A program made the translations under genes and the position numbers. A stretch of 64,000 nucleotides of DNA, from the NCBI GenBank assembly GCA_038897215.1, contig JAWAWX010000001.1, forward strand, positions 672,001 through 736,000. The letters are read 5' to 3'. The notes beneath the pieces are model-generated. The model was given only the letters and a program-made list of their open reading frames with translations. It did no database searches and was not told the origin of the DNA. Within the stretch, counting starts at the first letter, position 1. Every line of letters starts with the position of its first letter. The DNA is from Acidilobaceae archaeon. Lineage in GTDB: Archaea > Thermoproteota > Thermoprotei_A > Sulfolobales > Acidilobaceae. Shown in pieces: positions 9,168 to 19,180 of the stretch.

Positions 9168-10140
9168 ACTCTGGGTCAGCGCCATCAACCTAATCGCTGG
9201 AGGAGTTCTCTGGGCTATAGCAGCAATAGTAGTCTACTACGTAGCCGTAGTCAACCTCCCAGCTAGCCTAAGTGAGCTTAGAGAAGCTCTAGCAAGCCCT
9301 GCTCTCACCAGCTGGGTTTGGTGGATCCCCATCTTCAAGGTCCTGCTGGGACTAGGATCGATCATAGTGTTGCTATTAGGGATAGTGACAAGTATCAGGT
9401 ACCTCTCGCTAGGGCTCTTCGAGTCGGGCAAGTGGACTTCAGCAAGGCTCAAGGCGAGAGCAGACGAGCTGATCCAGAGACTGAGCCCTGTAGACGTCGC
9501 ATCACACATGATGTTAGCAGTGGGCTTCGGGCTGGCTATGCTGACAGGATTCATACTATACTTCGCTGACAACCCTTACGTCTATGGGTACCTTTATGTT
9601 GTAAGTAGAGAAACCTTAGCGAATCTACATGTGATAGGGGGATACTTAATGGCGTTCGCAGTAGTACTTTATATAACCCACTACCTCACGCAATTCCTGC
9701 TCTCACTGAAAGACTATGGAGTCAAGGGAGCTTTCAGCAGGTTTCTCATACTGAAAACTCTCCCATCGCTGCCAGCTCAACTCATAGACTATTACACCTG
9801 GCTTTTCGGGCTCAAGAAGGAGCACATGAAGTATCACAAGTACATGCCTACACAGATAGTAGCATACTTCGGGATAGGAGCAATGGTTCTACTCATAGGC
9901 ATAACGGGTCTATCTATGGTATTATGGGGTATGCAGAGCGGTAACGGTTTCGCGTGGTGGGTGCACGTGTACGCAGCTACGTTGAGCGTAGCACTCATAG
10001 CGTTCCACGTCTTCATGATCCACGTGAGACCCGCGACTTTCCCCATAGATTTCGCGTTCTTTGACGGGAAAGTGGTTAAGGGTATGGCGGAGGAGGAGTG
10101 GCCTCTCTGGCTTGAGGAGGGTAGAGGTGGTGGGATGTGA
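9160..10140 (+). CDS. Cytochrome b membrane anchor subunit of the hydrogenase
   Basis: Several TM helices with His ligands (ASHMM, NLHVIG, WVHVY, AFHVF) and KY..TQ; lies between the small and large subunit genes. Confidence 0.85.
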   Translation: MARLWVSAINLIAGGVLWAIAAIVVYYVAVVNLPASLSELREALASPALTSWVWWIPIFKVLLGLGSIIVLLLGIVTSIRYLSLGLFESGKWTSARLKARADELIQRLSPVDVASHMMLAVGFGLAMLTGFILYFADNPYVYGYLYVVSRETLANLHVIGGYLMAFAVVLYITHYLTQFLLSLKDYGVKGAFSRFLILKTLPSLPAQLIDYYTWLFGLKKEHMKYHKYMPTQIVAYFGIGAMVLLIGITGLSMVLWGMQSGNGFAWWVHVYAATLSVALIAFHVFMIHVRPATFPIDFAFFDGKVVKGMAEEEWPLWLEEGRGGGM

Positions 10141-12005
10141 GTGTGGAGCTCCGTATAGACCCTATCACTAGAATCGAGGGGCATCTCGGAGCCAGGCTAG
10201 TAGTAGACACGACCACTAGAAGACCCGACCCGGCTACTGTGAGAGTATTCTGTACTGCCTTCAGAGGATTCGAGGTGTTTGCTAGAGGGAGACCTCCAGA
10301 GGACATGCCCGCTATGACTAGCAGGCTTTGCGGAGTCTGCGGAGCGTCTCACGCTAATGCCTCAATGCACGCAGTAGACATGGCTTATGGCGTGTCACCA
10401 GAGCCTCTAGGGGTTGTTCTGAGAAACCTCGGGTTCGCTATAGGAGAGTACCTCTACGACCACTCTATAATACTGAATCTCCTAGAGGCTCCAGACTACA
10501 GCGAGGTTATAGTCAAGAGCTTCACTCCCTCAGTGTGGAGCGAGGCTACTCGCACTCTAGCTGAGAACAGGGATAAGCATGGATTCACCAAGATCTCAGA
10601 CATAATGGAGGCGTTCAACCCGATAACCGGCAAGATGTGGCAGTTAACGGTCCACTTCCAGAGGATAGCTAGAGAAGCAGGGAGCCTCATATACGGCAAG
10701 CACCCCCATCCCAACACGCTCATACCTGGAGGGATACAAACCAACGTCTACGACATAGAGGAGACGCTGGTCGCCATAACTTACAGGCTTACAAAGCTGA
10801 CAGCCTGGGTCAAGTTCAACTACTACGTGTGGGAGGACATACTGAACTTCTACAAGAGAATAGGCTACGAGATGGTGGGCTTAACCTACGAGAAGCCTAG
10901 AGTGATGAGCGTAGGGCTCTTCGACCATCCAGAGAAGTACTCGGAGATAGGGGATTACGTCAGCTGGGAGGACTTCTACAAGAACATAGACGCTGCAGCT
11001 AGCGCGAGAGACCTGAAGCCAGGGCTTGTGCTAGACGGCGAGATGGTGTCTAGGAAATACACAGACATGAACGTAGCCACGATGGAGCACGTAGACACGT
11101 CCTTCTATGCGGATTGGGCGGACAAGGTCAAGAAAGAGGAGTGGTACACTGAGAAAGACCCTCTAGGGAACACTCTACTATGGGGCAGAGCAGACCCCGC
11201 CTACCATCCGTGGAACAAGATAACCATACCGAAGCCCGAAGAGAAAGACTGGGCTAGGAAGTACTCGTGGGTAGTCAGAGTCAACATGGTCTGGAAGGAT
11301 GGAAGCATAGGCCCCATAGAGCTAGGGCCCTTCGCTAGAGTCTACGTACAGTCCAGAACAGCCGACACCACGGCGGCAGGGCTGATCAAGTCGGGGAACG
11401 GTATTCTCAGAACTACGTTGCCCAGAGCTGTCGCCGACGAGCTACCCCCAACGGTCTGGGAGGAGGCCACCATAGAGTGGAGAGTTCCAGAGACCAGCAC
11501 GACCATATACAGGCTCTGGGGTAGAGCCTACTGCCTCCTATTTGCGGCTGCTAGCGCCTGGAACAATATACTGATCGGGCTCGACCTAGTGAAGAAGGGT
11601 AGAACGAAGACCTCTAGACCGTGGAGGGTCCCCGGAGGAATAACCAGAGGAGCGGGCTTCACCGAGGCTCCGAGAGGCTCTGTGAGACACTGGATCGTCC
11701 AGAAGGGAGGCAGAGTACTAAACTACCAGATCCACGCTCCGACAACCGAGAACGCCTCCTCGAGAGACGAGATCAGAGTCACGGACAAGGTGAGATACGT
11801 GAGAGCGCCATTCGAGGCAGCGGTAGCGAACATAGTCGTCACAGAAGAGCTCCCACCAGCTCAGTGGCAGGGCCTCGATGTAGTTAGAGCTATAAGAAGC
11901 TTCGACCCATGCCTAGCCTGCGCTGTCCACATAGAGCTGAGAAGTAACGGGAAGCAAGTCAAGACTATCGAGAAGATACTGAGAGACGTCACGTGCACTC
12001 TATAA
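10137..12005 (+). CDS. [NiFe]-hydrogenase large subunit
   Basis: IDPITRIEGH, L1 SRLCGVCGASH, EAPRG and L2 SFDPCLACAVH followed by a cleavable C-terminal extension. Confidence 0.97.
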   Translation: MSVELRIDPITRIEGHLGARLVVDTTTRRPDPATVRVFCTAFRGFEVFARGRPPEDMPAMTSRLCGVCGASHANASMHAVDMAYGVSPEPLGVVLRNLGFAIGEYLYDHSIILNLLEAPDYSEVIVKSFTPSVWSEATRTLAENRDKHGFTKISDIMEAFNPITGKMWQLTVHFQRIAREAGSLIYGKHPHPNTLIPGGIQTNVYDIEETLVAITYRLTKLTAWVKFNYYVWEDILNFYKRIGYEMVGLTYEKPRVMSVGLFDHPEKYSEIGDYVSWEDFYKNIDAAASARDLKPGLVLDGEMVSRKYTDMNVATMEHVDTSFYADWADKVKKEEWYTEKDPLGNTLLWGRADPAYHPWNKITIPKPEEKDWARKYSWVVRVNMVWKDGSIGPIELGPFARVYVQSRTADTTAAGLIKSGNGILRTTLPRAVADELPPTVWEEATIEWRVPETSTTIYRLWGRAYCLLFAAASAWNNILIGLDLVKKGRTKTSRPWRVPGGITRGAGFTEAPRGSVRHWIVQKGGRVLNYQIHAPTTENASSRDEIRVTDKVRYVRAPFEAAVANIVVTEELPPAQWQGLDVVRAIRSFDPCLACAVHIELRSNGKQVKTIEKILRDVTCTL

Positions 12006-12006
12006 T

Positions 12007-12047
12007 CTTCTTTACTCTCCTCTAACTTTCTCTCTTCTCTTTTTCCT
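12007..12047 (+). terminator. Pyrimidine-rich tract after the hydrogenase operon
   Basis: TCTTCTTTACTCTCCTCTAACTTTCTCTCTTCTCTTTTCC directly after the stop codon. Confidence 0.4.
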
Positions 12048-12061
12048 CGGGTGTTTCCAGC

Positions 12062-12643
12062 TTGTCAGAGCTAGTTATTAGAGCTCTAGGTGAAGCTCTT
12101 CGATACGGTCTCCCAGTAGAATTCAGACTTCACGGGAAAGCTCTCTCTCTACGCTATAAGTCTAGGTCGACAGTGTATAGAATTGTGGAGCTAAGAGGGC
12201 TTCGAGGAGAACTCACAGGACTCGCTTTAGCTATACCCGGATTGGAGGCCTTCTCTGTGAAAATAGTCAGTTTCTCGAGAAGCGGGGCTGAGATAGTCTG
12301 GGAGAATCTACCTCTAGCAGTAGGACTGGATAGAGACTTCATGAGCCCAGCTGAGACAGACATCTGGCTCAAGAGGTTCAAGTCAAGAGGAGAGCTTGAG
12401 GCTCTCGAGAAGGCTCCAGAGAGTTTCACTGAACTAAGAGAAGTCGGTTTCGATATCTACTCCACGAGAGACCGCTTGGACTACGCGGTGGGGGAGGGAG
12501 ATGTGATAGCTTTATGGTATAATTCTCTCACAGGCAGAATCGACTTAGCTATGGAGATCCAGGAGAAGATGGGTCTCCACAGGTGGGGAGAGAAGCTGGA
12601 GGCAGTAAAGCAGTGGGCGAGAAAGCTAGAGCTCTCAAGATAA
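12062..12643 (+). CDS. Hypothetical protein in the hydrogenase locus
   Basis: 193-aa ORF with typical codon usage between the large subunit and hypF. Confidence 0.65.
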   Translation: MSELVIRALGEALRYGLPVEFRLHGKALSLRYKSRSTVYRIVELRGLRGELTGLALAIPGLEAFSVKIVSFSRSGAEIVWENLPLAVGLDRDFMSPAETDIWLKRFKSRGELEALEKAPESFTELREVGFDIYSTRDRLDYAVGEGDVIALWYNSLTGRIDLAMEIQEKMGLHRWGEKLEAVKQWARKLELSR

Positions 12644-14937
12644 CAGTAGTCGGTGTCGTTCAGGGAGTAGGCTTCAGACCCTTCATCTACAGACTGGCGT
12701 CATCTCTGAGTCTTGGAGGCTATGTAAGAAACCTGGGGGGTAGCGAGGTAGAGATATGGGTTGAGGGGAGAGCAGAACTCCTCGAGGCCTTCTTGGAGAG
12801 GCTCGTTAGAGAGAAGCCTCCACCCGCTAGAATCGAGTACGTGAGAGTCGAGCCCGTGGAGCCGGTTGGCTATCGGAGCTTCGAGATCTCCGGGAGCGAG
12901 CGTAGTAGACGCTCTAGGAGCATGATACCCCCCGATATCGCTATATGTAACGACTGCGTCAGAGAAATCCTAGAGCCCGGCACCAGGTTCTCGAGCTACT
13001 ACTGGAATAGCTGCGCTTGGTGCGGGCCCAGGTTCTCGATGATATACGAGCTACCATACGATAGGGAGAATACGGCCATGAGAGTCTTCTCTCTCTGCGA
13101 GGACTGCTCTAGAGACTACAGCGACCCGGCTAACACTAGGAGATTCCACGCTCAAGGAATAAGCTGTAGCGTTTGCGGCCCCAGAACCTACGTCTACACG
13201 TCTCGAGGAGAGAGAGTAGATGTCGAGGACCCCGCGGTGTTCGCTGCTCGAGTAATAGAAGAAGGGGCTATAGTTGCTGTGAAGAGTGCTGGAGGCTATC
13301 ACATAGCCTGCTTAGCGACCAGAGACGAGGTAGTGGTAGAGCTGAGGAGAAGGAAGAAGAGACCCTTCAAGCCTTTTGCTTTAATGGCTAGAGACTTGAG
13401 TGTTGTAAGAGAGATAGCCGAGCTCTCCGACACAGCGGAGAAGCTCCTAGTATCACCCGAGAGGCCTATAGTATTGTTGCCTAAGAAGAGAAGCTCGAAG
13501 ATATCAGAGCATGTAGCTCCAGGACTTTCAACGATAGGAGTCATGCTCCCTTACACGGGTTTCCAGGTCCTACTCCTCTCACACGTCAGAGACGGGGTCT
13601 TGGTAATGACTAGCGCTAATATTCACGGGAAACCTATGTGCACGAATCTAGAATGCGTGTTGAGAGAGCTTGAGAACGTTGTAGACTACGTGGTCGAGCA
13701 CGAGAGAGCGATAGCTCACAGAGTAGACGATAGCGTTGTCAGGTTCACGGATGGAGAGCCTGTGCTATTGAGAAGAGGTAGGGGCTATGCGCCAGCCTGG
13801 GTCACTATCCCCTTCAACCTCCCAGACTCGGCGGCTGTAGGAGCAGAGCTTCAGTCAGCTGGAGCAGTAGGCTTCGAGGATAAGGTTGTGCTAACGCAAT
13901 ACATAGGAGATGTCGATGAGCCAGCTACGCTGGAGGACTTGGAGAGAGAGCTCTCCTGGTTCATCAAAGCCTACGACTTAATGCCTAAGCTCATAGCGTT
14001 AGACATGCACCCGCTCTACCACAGTAGAGAAGTCGCTGTAAAACTAGCGGATAGCATGGGAGCAGAGCTAGTGGAAGTCCAGCATCACCACGCTCACGCG
14101 GCGGCAGTCATGACGGAGCTAGGAGTGAAGCCGGGTGAGAGAATCCTAGCTATAGCCATAGACGGTACCGGTTACGGGCTAGATGGAGGCATATGGGGCG
14201 GAGAGGTGCTCGTAGCTGGCTATGATGGATTCGAGAGAGTCGGGAGCATGAAGCCCTACAGCCTGCCCGGAGGAGACACAGCTGCTCTCTACCCCGCCAA
14301 GCCTCTCATAGCTCTTCTAGCATCACACGGTTATAGTGAAGAAGAAGTCGTCGAGATACTCAGAAAGAGAGAGCTAGATTCGACTCTACCCAGGGGGCTC
14401 AAGGAAGCTCTAGTGGCCTACGATTTGGCTAAGAGAGGGAGGGGTGTTGTGAGCACGAGCCTGGGGAGAGTCCTAGACGCTTTCTCTGCTCTTCTCGGTG
14501 TCTGCTACTTCAGAAGCTACGAGGGAGAGCCAGCTATGCGACTTGAGGCTGTAGCAGACGAGGGTAGAGACCTAGGCTGGGAGGCTGGCACTAGGTGGCT
14601 CGATGGAAGACTCGTAGTGGACACGAGGAGCTTGCTAGAGCTCTCTATCGACAGCGAGGCCTCTAGAGAAGACAAGGCGCGCTCTATCCTAACAGCTCTG
14701 GGGAGAGCTCTAGCGAGAGTAGCTCTCGACGCTGTCAAGGGTAGGAGAGGAGTCAGAGGAGACGCCATAGTAGTCTGTGGCGGAGCAGCAGTAAACACTC
14801 ACATAGTGAGAGGGATGAGGGAAGTCGCTAGAGAAGAGGGGGTCAGAGTCCTCTTACCTAAGCTAGTCCCGCCCAACGACGGCTCCATAGCTCTCGGTCA
14901 GCTAGTAGTAGCATGCTTCACCGCGGGCCTTTGCTGA
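12583..14937 (+). CDS. hypF: Carbamoyltransferase HypF (start may be GTG 12613)
   Basis: GVVQGVGFRPF acylphosphatase domain, two CxxC-x18-CxxC zinc fingers, QHHHAH, DGTGYG and NDGSIALGQ. Confidence 0.97.
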   Translation: MGREAGGSKAVGEKARALKITVVGVVQGVGFRPFIYRLASSLSLGGYVRNLGGSEVEIWVEGRAELLEAFLERLVREKPPPARIEYVRVEPVEPVGYRSFEISGSERSRRSRSMIPPDIAICNDCVREILEPGTRFSSYYWNSCAWCGPRFSMIYELPYDRENTAMRVFSLCEDCSRDYSDPANTRRFHAQGISCSVCGPRTYVYTSRGERVDVEDPAVFAARVIEEGAIVAVKSAGGYHIACLATRDEVVVELRRRKKRPFKPFALMARDLSVVREIAELSDTAEKLLVSPERPIVLLPKKRSSKISEHVAPGLSTIGVMLPYTGFQVLLLSHVRDGVLVMTSANIHGKPMCTNLECVLRELENVVDYVVEHERAIAHRVDDSVVRFTDGEPVLLRRGRGYAPAWVTIPFNLPDSAAVGAELQSAGAVGFEDKVVLTQYIGDVDEPATLEDLERELSWFIKAYDLMPKLIALDMHPLYHSREVAVKLADSMGAELVEVQHHHAHAAAVMTELGVKPGERILAIAIDGTGYGLDGGIWGGEVLVAGYDGFERVGSMKPYSLPGGDTAALYPAKPLIALLASHGYSEEEVVEILRKRELDSTLPRGLKEALVAYDLAKRGRGVVSTSLGRVLDAFSALLGVCYFRSYEGEPAMRLEAVADEGRDLGWEAGTRWLDGRLVVDTRSLLELSIDSEASREDKARSILTALGRALARVALDAVKGRRGVRGDAIVVCGGAAVNTHIVRGMREVAREEGVRVLLPKLVPPNDGSIALGQLVVACFTAGLC

Positions 14938-15223
14938 ATCTCTTCTCGAGACTCTCCAAGTCTGGGAAGTAGTCGTCAACGCTATCCACTCTACTCCTCC
15001 CCCTCCCCCGCCTTCCTAGCTTTGATAGGAAGACTTGGAGTCTAGGGCTTCTAGACCATGAGGGAGACTTCCTGACAACAACCAGATACCCGTACTTCTT
15101 GAGCTCTGCTGAGAGATGCTCAGCGGCGACTCTAGCAGCTGTCTCCCCTATCTCCCCTCTCTCAGCCATAGCTCTCAGCTCTTCGAATCTCGAGAGGAGC
15201 CTCTCTAGCTCGGGGTCTCTCAC
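14918..15223 (-). CDS. Hypothetical protein
   Basis: 101-aa ORF starting 2 nt after the stop of the upstream same-strand gene. Confidence 0.55.
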   Translation of the reverse strand: MRDPELERLLSRFEELRAMAERGEIGETAARVAAEHLSAELKKYGYLVVVRKSPSWSRSPRLQVFLSKLGRRGRGRSRVDSVDDYFPDLESLEKRFSKGPR

Positions 15224-15225
15224 GT

Positions 15226-16302
15226 CTAGGAGCCTCCTGCTAGCTTCTCGAGTTTCACGTAGCTCTCCACGATATCTACTATCACATCGCTTCTAGCTCT
15301 TAGAGACGACGTCGTAACCAGCGAGCCAGCCTCACCTATCTTCTCTATCACGCTATACGTGTCGCTATGGACTAGAGCTAGAGGAACCCCTATCTCTCTA
15401 GCTTTAGAGAGAACGCTTGGAGGCGGGTAGAACCCCCCCGTTACCACTACTAGAGCGGGCTTAGACTCTATAGCGCTCACCACTAGGTCCGACCTATCGC
15501 CACTCACTACTACAACGGGGGCTGGGGACCTCCTAAGCTCTCTAGCTAGGGCCTCAGGGCTTGCTGCTGCTACCACTATGCTCTCGATTACTCCATAGAG
15601 TCCCTCGCCTTCCTCTAACACTTCTGCCTCCAGTATCTCCACGACTTCTCTGACTCTAGGAGCTAGCAAGTCAGGCTTGTAGGGGATATAGCCTAGAACC
15701 TCTACTTCTTTGCTCTCGAGCGTTGCTGCCGCTCCCTCCTTCAGTCTATCCATGTGGGTTAGCGGGACAGCGTTGAATATTACTCCAGCTACTCTAGCTC
15801 CTCTACTCGAAGCCCACTCGTAGTACAAAACGGCTTTATCTACAACGCCATCGATCACCCTGCTTTCTCTACAATCAACCACCAAGACTAGTCTAGCGTC
15901 CAGCATTACCGCTATATCGGCTGAGCTAAGCCCAACTACTGCTAGAGACTCGGGGGCTGAGTAGCCTTCTACGAGAACTGCATCTCTTCCAGCTGAGAGC
16001 ATCCTGAAGGAGGACTCTATAGTCTCGGCTATCTCTCCACTCCTCTCTCTCAGCTCTAAATAGCCTCCAGTAATCGCTATCGGGTTGACTAGGCTTAGGT
16101 GGTCTCGTAGACCGAGAGCTTCAGTCACGGCTATTGCGTCTGTGTCTATGTAGGAGCCTGAGGGGAGTCTTCTCCTACCGATACCCACGGGCTTGAAGTA
16201 GGCTACTCTAAGACCTCTCTTGGTCATCGATAAGGCTAGCCCATAGAGTAGGATAGTCTTGCCTCTACCACCAGCGAAGACGAGAGCTTCAGCAGTACTC
16301 AT
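15226..16302 (-). CDS. Phosphotransacetylase-family protein (BioD-like N-terminus plus DRTGG domain)
   Basis: GRGKT, YFKPVG, LVEG, SGDRSD, VVTGG and DTY motifs. Confidence 0.85.
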   Translation of the reverse strand: MSTAEALVFAGGRGKTILLYGLALSMTKRGLRVAYFKPVGIGRRRLPSGSYIDTDAIAVTEALGLRDHLSLVNPIAITGGYLELRERSGEIAETIESSFRMLSAGRDAVLVEGYSAPESLAVVGLSSADIAVMLDARLVLVVDCRESRVIDGVVDKAVLYYEWASSRGARVAGVIFNAVPLTHMDRLKEGAAATLESKEVEVLGYIPYKPDLLAPRVREVVEILEAEVLEEGEGLYGVIESIVVAAASPEALARELRRSPAPVVVVSGDRSDLVVSAIESKPALVVVTGGFYPPPSVLSKAREIGVPLALVHSDTYSVIEKIGEAGSLVTTSSLRARSDVIVDIVESYVKLEKLAGGS

Positions 16303-16378
16303 AAACAGTGCTCCCTCACTACTAGCTTAGCTGAAGTAATTAACTCTTAGCTCTCACGAAACCAGAGAGCTGTTGAGG

Positions 16379-16852
16379 TTACGATAGCCTACTTATTCTC
16401 GGGACTGTGATCTCCTCTAGGAGCTCTTGTCTGCACACAGTTTTCGTGAAGGAGGAGCTCTCGGAGCTGAGAACGCTATAGCCCACGGTCTTCAACACCT
16501 CTATCAGAACACTGGAAACACCGGGGTCCAGTCCTAGCGCGACTACTGCGCGCGCTTCTCCAACTCTCTCTACCACATCTCTAACCTGCTTTACTCCTAG
16601 GAGATTCATGAGGATGAGTATAGGAGTCTTCTTGACTCTCGAGCCTATCACTCTCTCCTCTAGAGCATAGAGATAGGATAGAGCTAGCTTACAGGGCTCA
16701 GCGTGCTCGAGACTCGGGAGCCCGACTACAGCGTAGCTATCGTTAATGGATGGTAGCGTGTCTACTCGTAGAGGCTTATCCAGCAAGGCTATCGACACGT
16801 AGACCTTGACGCAGCCCAGCTCGATCTCGTGATTCGATAGCTTTAAGCTCAA
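16379..16852 (-). CDS. Possible KEOPS subunit Cgi121-like protein
   Basis: SRVKKTPILILMNLLGVKQVRDVVERVG resembles the Cgi121 core; ~157 aa. Confidence 0.45.
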   Translation of the reverse strand: MSLKLSNHEIELGCVKVYVSIALLDKPLRVDTLPSINDSYAVVGLPSLEHAEPCKLALSYLYALEERVIGSRVKKTPILILMNLLGVKQVRDVVERVGEARAVVALGLDPGVSSVLIEVLKTVGYSVLSSESSSFTKTVCRQELLEEITVPRISRLS

Positions 16853-16855
16853 GAA

Positions 16856-17110
16856 CTACCCTCCGTGAACTACAGGGATTATCACGATCTCTCTGGCAGG
16901 CTCGTCGGGCTTCAGAAGCCTGTAGTCTACACCGTCGACGAAGACTATGTAGCCTGGAGCGGGCTCGCCAGAGTCGTCTATCACCTCTCTCAGGAATTTA
17001 GAGAACTCTCTAGCTTTGAGCAGAGCCTCTCTCCAGCTAGAAGCCTCGACCTCGAGCTTCTCGAAGCCAGCCTGCTCTTTAAGAGACCCCAGGAGCCTTA
17101 TCAGAGTCAA
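16856..17110 (-). CDS. Ubiquitin-like MoaD/ThiS/SAMP (Urm1-like) protein
   Basis: Beta-grasp size, IVFVDGVD and C-terminal VVHGG. Confidence 0.9.
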   Translation of the reverse strand: MTLIRLLGSLKEQAGFEKLEVEASSWREALLKAREFSKFLREVIDDSGEPAPGYIVFVDGVDYRLLKPDEPAREIVIIPVVHGG

Positions 17111-17131
17111 GAGTTCGAACCCTGCTCGCTC

Positions 17132-17344
17132 CTAGCTAGCAGTCTTGGCTCTCCTCTTCCTAGTAGCGTTGATCAAATGAGTTATGTACCCCGCCACCTG
17201 GTTTCTCAGCTTCTTGCTCTGAAACTCCGCTAGCTCAGCGACTACTCTCTTATTGTGCTCAAAGCTCCCTGTGAATACGTCCGGGTATAGCTCGAGCAAT
17301 CTCCTAGCCGTCCTCTTAACCAGAGAGCTCCTCACCTTACCCAT
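17132..17344 (-). CDS. rps17e: 30S ribosomal protein S17e
   Basis: MGKVR...VKRTAR...F..NK...SKKLRNQVAGYIT. Confidence 0.97.
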   Translation of the reverse strand: MGKVRSSLVKRTARRLLELYPDVFTGSFEHNKRVVAELAEFQSKKLRNQVAGYITHLINATRKRRAKTAS

Positions 17345-17714
17345 ACTCGAGACCCCCCCGGGCTGCTTCTACAACTCGCTCCTTTAACGGTATCGCTACC
17401 CGCTAGGGTTTAGCTCTGATATGGGTTATTGACATCGCCTCATCTTATCTTCCCTGCATCTCGCTATGGGTCTCATCGGGCTCGGGGGCGTTTAGAGCAA
17501 CCCCGGGCATCTCCACTATTGCGCTACTCTCGGGAAGAGCCTCCTAGCGAGCTCTCGACCTCTCACAGAGTAGCTCTCAACTTCACTTACACTGATGTAG
17601 CTTGCAAGGCATCTCTGCTACAAACCAATATAAAGCTTGAAACGCCACCCTGAGCTCTAGCTAGGGCTCGTCAACAACTATAGGCTCTAAGCACTCTACG
17701 ATCTGGGGAGTCGG

Positions 17715-18413
17715 GTGAGCTACTCGGAGGAGACCCTCAAGGTAGAAGAGGTAGACCTGGAGCTAGCCAGGCTCCTAGTGGGGGTCGCGAGAGAAGCGAT
17801 AAGGTTCTACCTCGAGAAGAGCTTCAGGCTCTACGAGGTCCCGAGAGAGCTCCTAGAGAGACAGCCGTTGCTGAGGAAGAAGGCGGCGGTGTTCGTGACT
17901 CTCGAGAAGATAGCGGAGGTTGGGGGTAAGAGAGTGCCAGAGCTGAGGGGGTGCATTGGGTTCGTGGAGCCAGTGTATCCTCTACACGTCGCTATAGTAG
18001 AGTCAGCGGTCTCCTCGGCTTTCGGAGACCCCCGATTCCCTCCAGTCAAGCTATCTGAGCTAGGCGAGATAGTGATAGTCCTTACAATACTCGGGGAGAA
18101 GATCCCGGTCTCTAGCCTAGACGAGGTGGTAATAGGGAGAGACGGGCTCTACGTCGAGATGAAAGCATCAGGTAGGAGGCTCTTCGCGGGAGTGCTGCTC
18201 CCAGAAGTCCCGGTAGAGTACTGCTGGGATATTCAAACATTTGCAGACATGACCTGCAGGAAGGCTGGTCTCGAGCCCGGCTGCTGGAAAGACCCCCTAA
18301 CTACTCTCTACAGGATACCCGGTAGGACCTTCAGAGAGCTGGAGCCGGGAGGAGAGGTGGTAGAAGCAGACTTGGTTAAAGAGTACAGAGAGAGATGCAC
18401 CGGCGGGTTCTAG
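17715..18413 (+). CDS. AMMECR1/AmmeMemoRadiSam protein A family
   Basis: VFVTL, LRGCIG, AFGDPRFPPV, GRDGL, GVLLPEV and CRKAGL motifs. Confidence 0.93.
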   Translation: MSYSEETLKVEEVDLELARLLVGVAREAIRFYLEKSFRLYEVPRELLERQPLLRKKAAVFVTLEKIAEVGGKRVPELRGCIGFVEPVYPLHVAIVESAVSSAFGDPRFPPVKLSELGEIVIVLTILGEKIPVSSLDEVVIGRDGLYVEMKASGRRLFAGVLLPEVPVEYCWDIQTFADMTCRKAGLEPGCWKDPLTTLYRIPGRTFRELEPGGEVVEADLVKEYRERCTGGF

Positions 18414-19135
18414 GAGAGCGTGTAGTATATCCTCTTCTTCCTCCTCCCTCTATTCTCGACTCTCAATAGCCTTATCTCTCCTATCTCGCAGGTATTCCTG
18501 ACGTGAGGGCCTCCATCTAGCTGGACGTCGACTCCTGGGATTTCTACTACTCTCAAGTACTCCTCGTCTGGCGGAGCTCTCTCAGCTAGCTTGACGACTC
18601 CCGGTATCTTGAGGGCATCCTCGCGCTTGAGCCAGTATACTCTAACCTCGATGCATCTCGATATTATTGAGTTGGCTTCAACAACTGCTTTCTCGAAAGC
18701 GCTTCTCCAGTCGTCCACGTCTATGTCGAAATCGTCTCTGGAGTACTCTGGAGTAACTAGGCCACCCGTGACGAGCGCTCCGAATCTATTGTAGAGAACT
18801 GCTGCCAGCACGTGAGCAGCAGTGTGGAGCTTCATCATCCTGTATCTGCGCTCCCAGTCTATAACACCCCTCACTACCTCGCCTACGCTGAAGACTGAGG
18901 GGTTGTCGACGATGTGAGCCACGCTTTCGCCTCTAACCTCGGCTCTAGAGACTCTGGCTAGCGCTCCGCTACCTGTCATCAGGACGCCTGTATCCGTGTC
19001 TAGCCCGCCGTAGGGGGCTGGGTGGAAGGCTGTCTGGTCTAGGATCACTGCGTCGCTCTCGACTCTCTCGACTCTAGCCGTGAACTCTCTCAGGTAGCTA
19101 TCCTCCTGGAAGAGGAGTCTCGTCTTCAGAGGCAA
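18410..19135 (-). CDS. alaXM: Alanyl-tRNA editing protein AlaX-M
   Basis: DSYLREF, LDQTAFH, IDWERRY..MKLHTAAH and DGGPHV motifs. Confidence 0.92.
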   Translation of the reverse strand: MPLKTRLLFQEDSYLREFTARVERVESDAVILDQTAFHPAPYGGLDTDTGVLMTGSGALARVSRAEVRGESVAHIVDNPSVFSVGEVVRGVIDWERRYRMMKLHTAAHVLAAVLYNRFGALVTGGLVTPEYSRDDFDIDVDDWRSAFEKAVVEANSIISRCIEVRVYWLKREDALKIPGVVKLAERAPPDEEYLRVVEIPGVDVQLDGGPHVRNTCEIGEIRLLRVENRGRRKKRIYYTLS

Positions 19136-19180
19136 GCTCTCCCCGACTCGCGGCTCTCGAGCTCTGGAGACTAATATGCT

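Noticed and set aside
17400-17650. Possible sRNA, or ORF 17429..17653, in the rps17e-AMMECR1 gap
   Set aside because: There is only one modest hairpin (GCTCGGGG/CCCCGGGC) with no convincing C/D or H/ACA boxes, and the ORF does not look protein-like.
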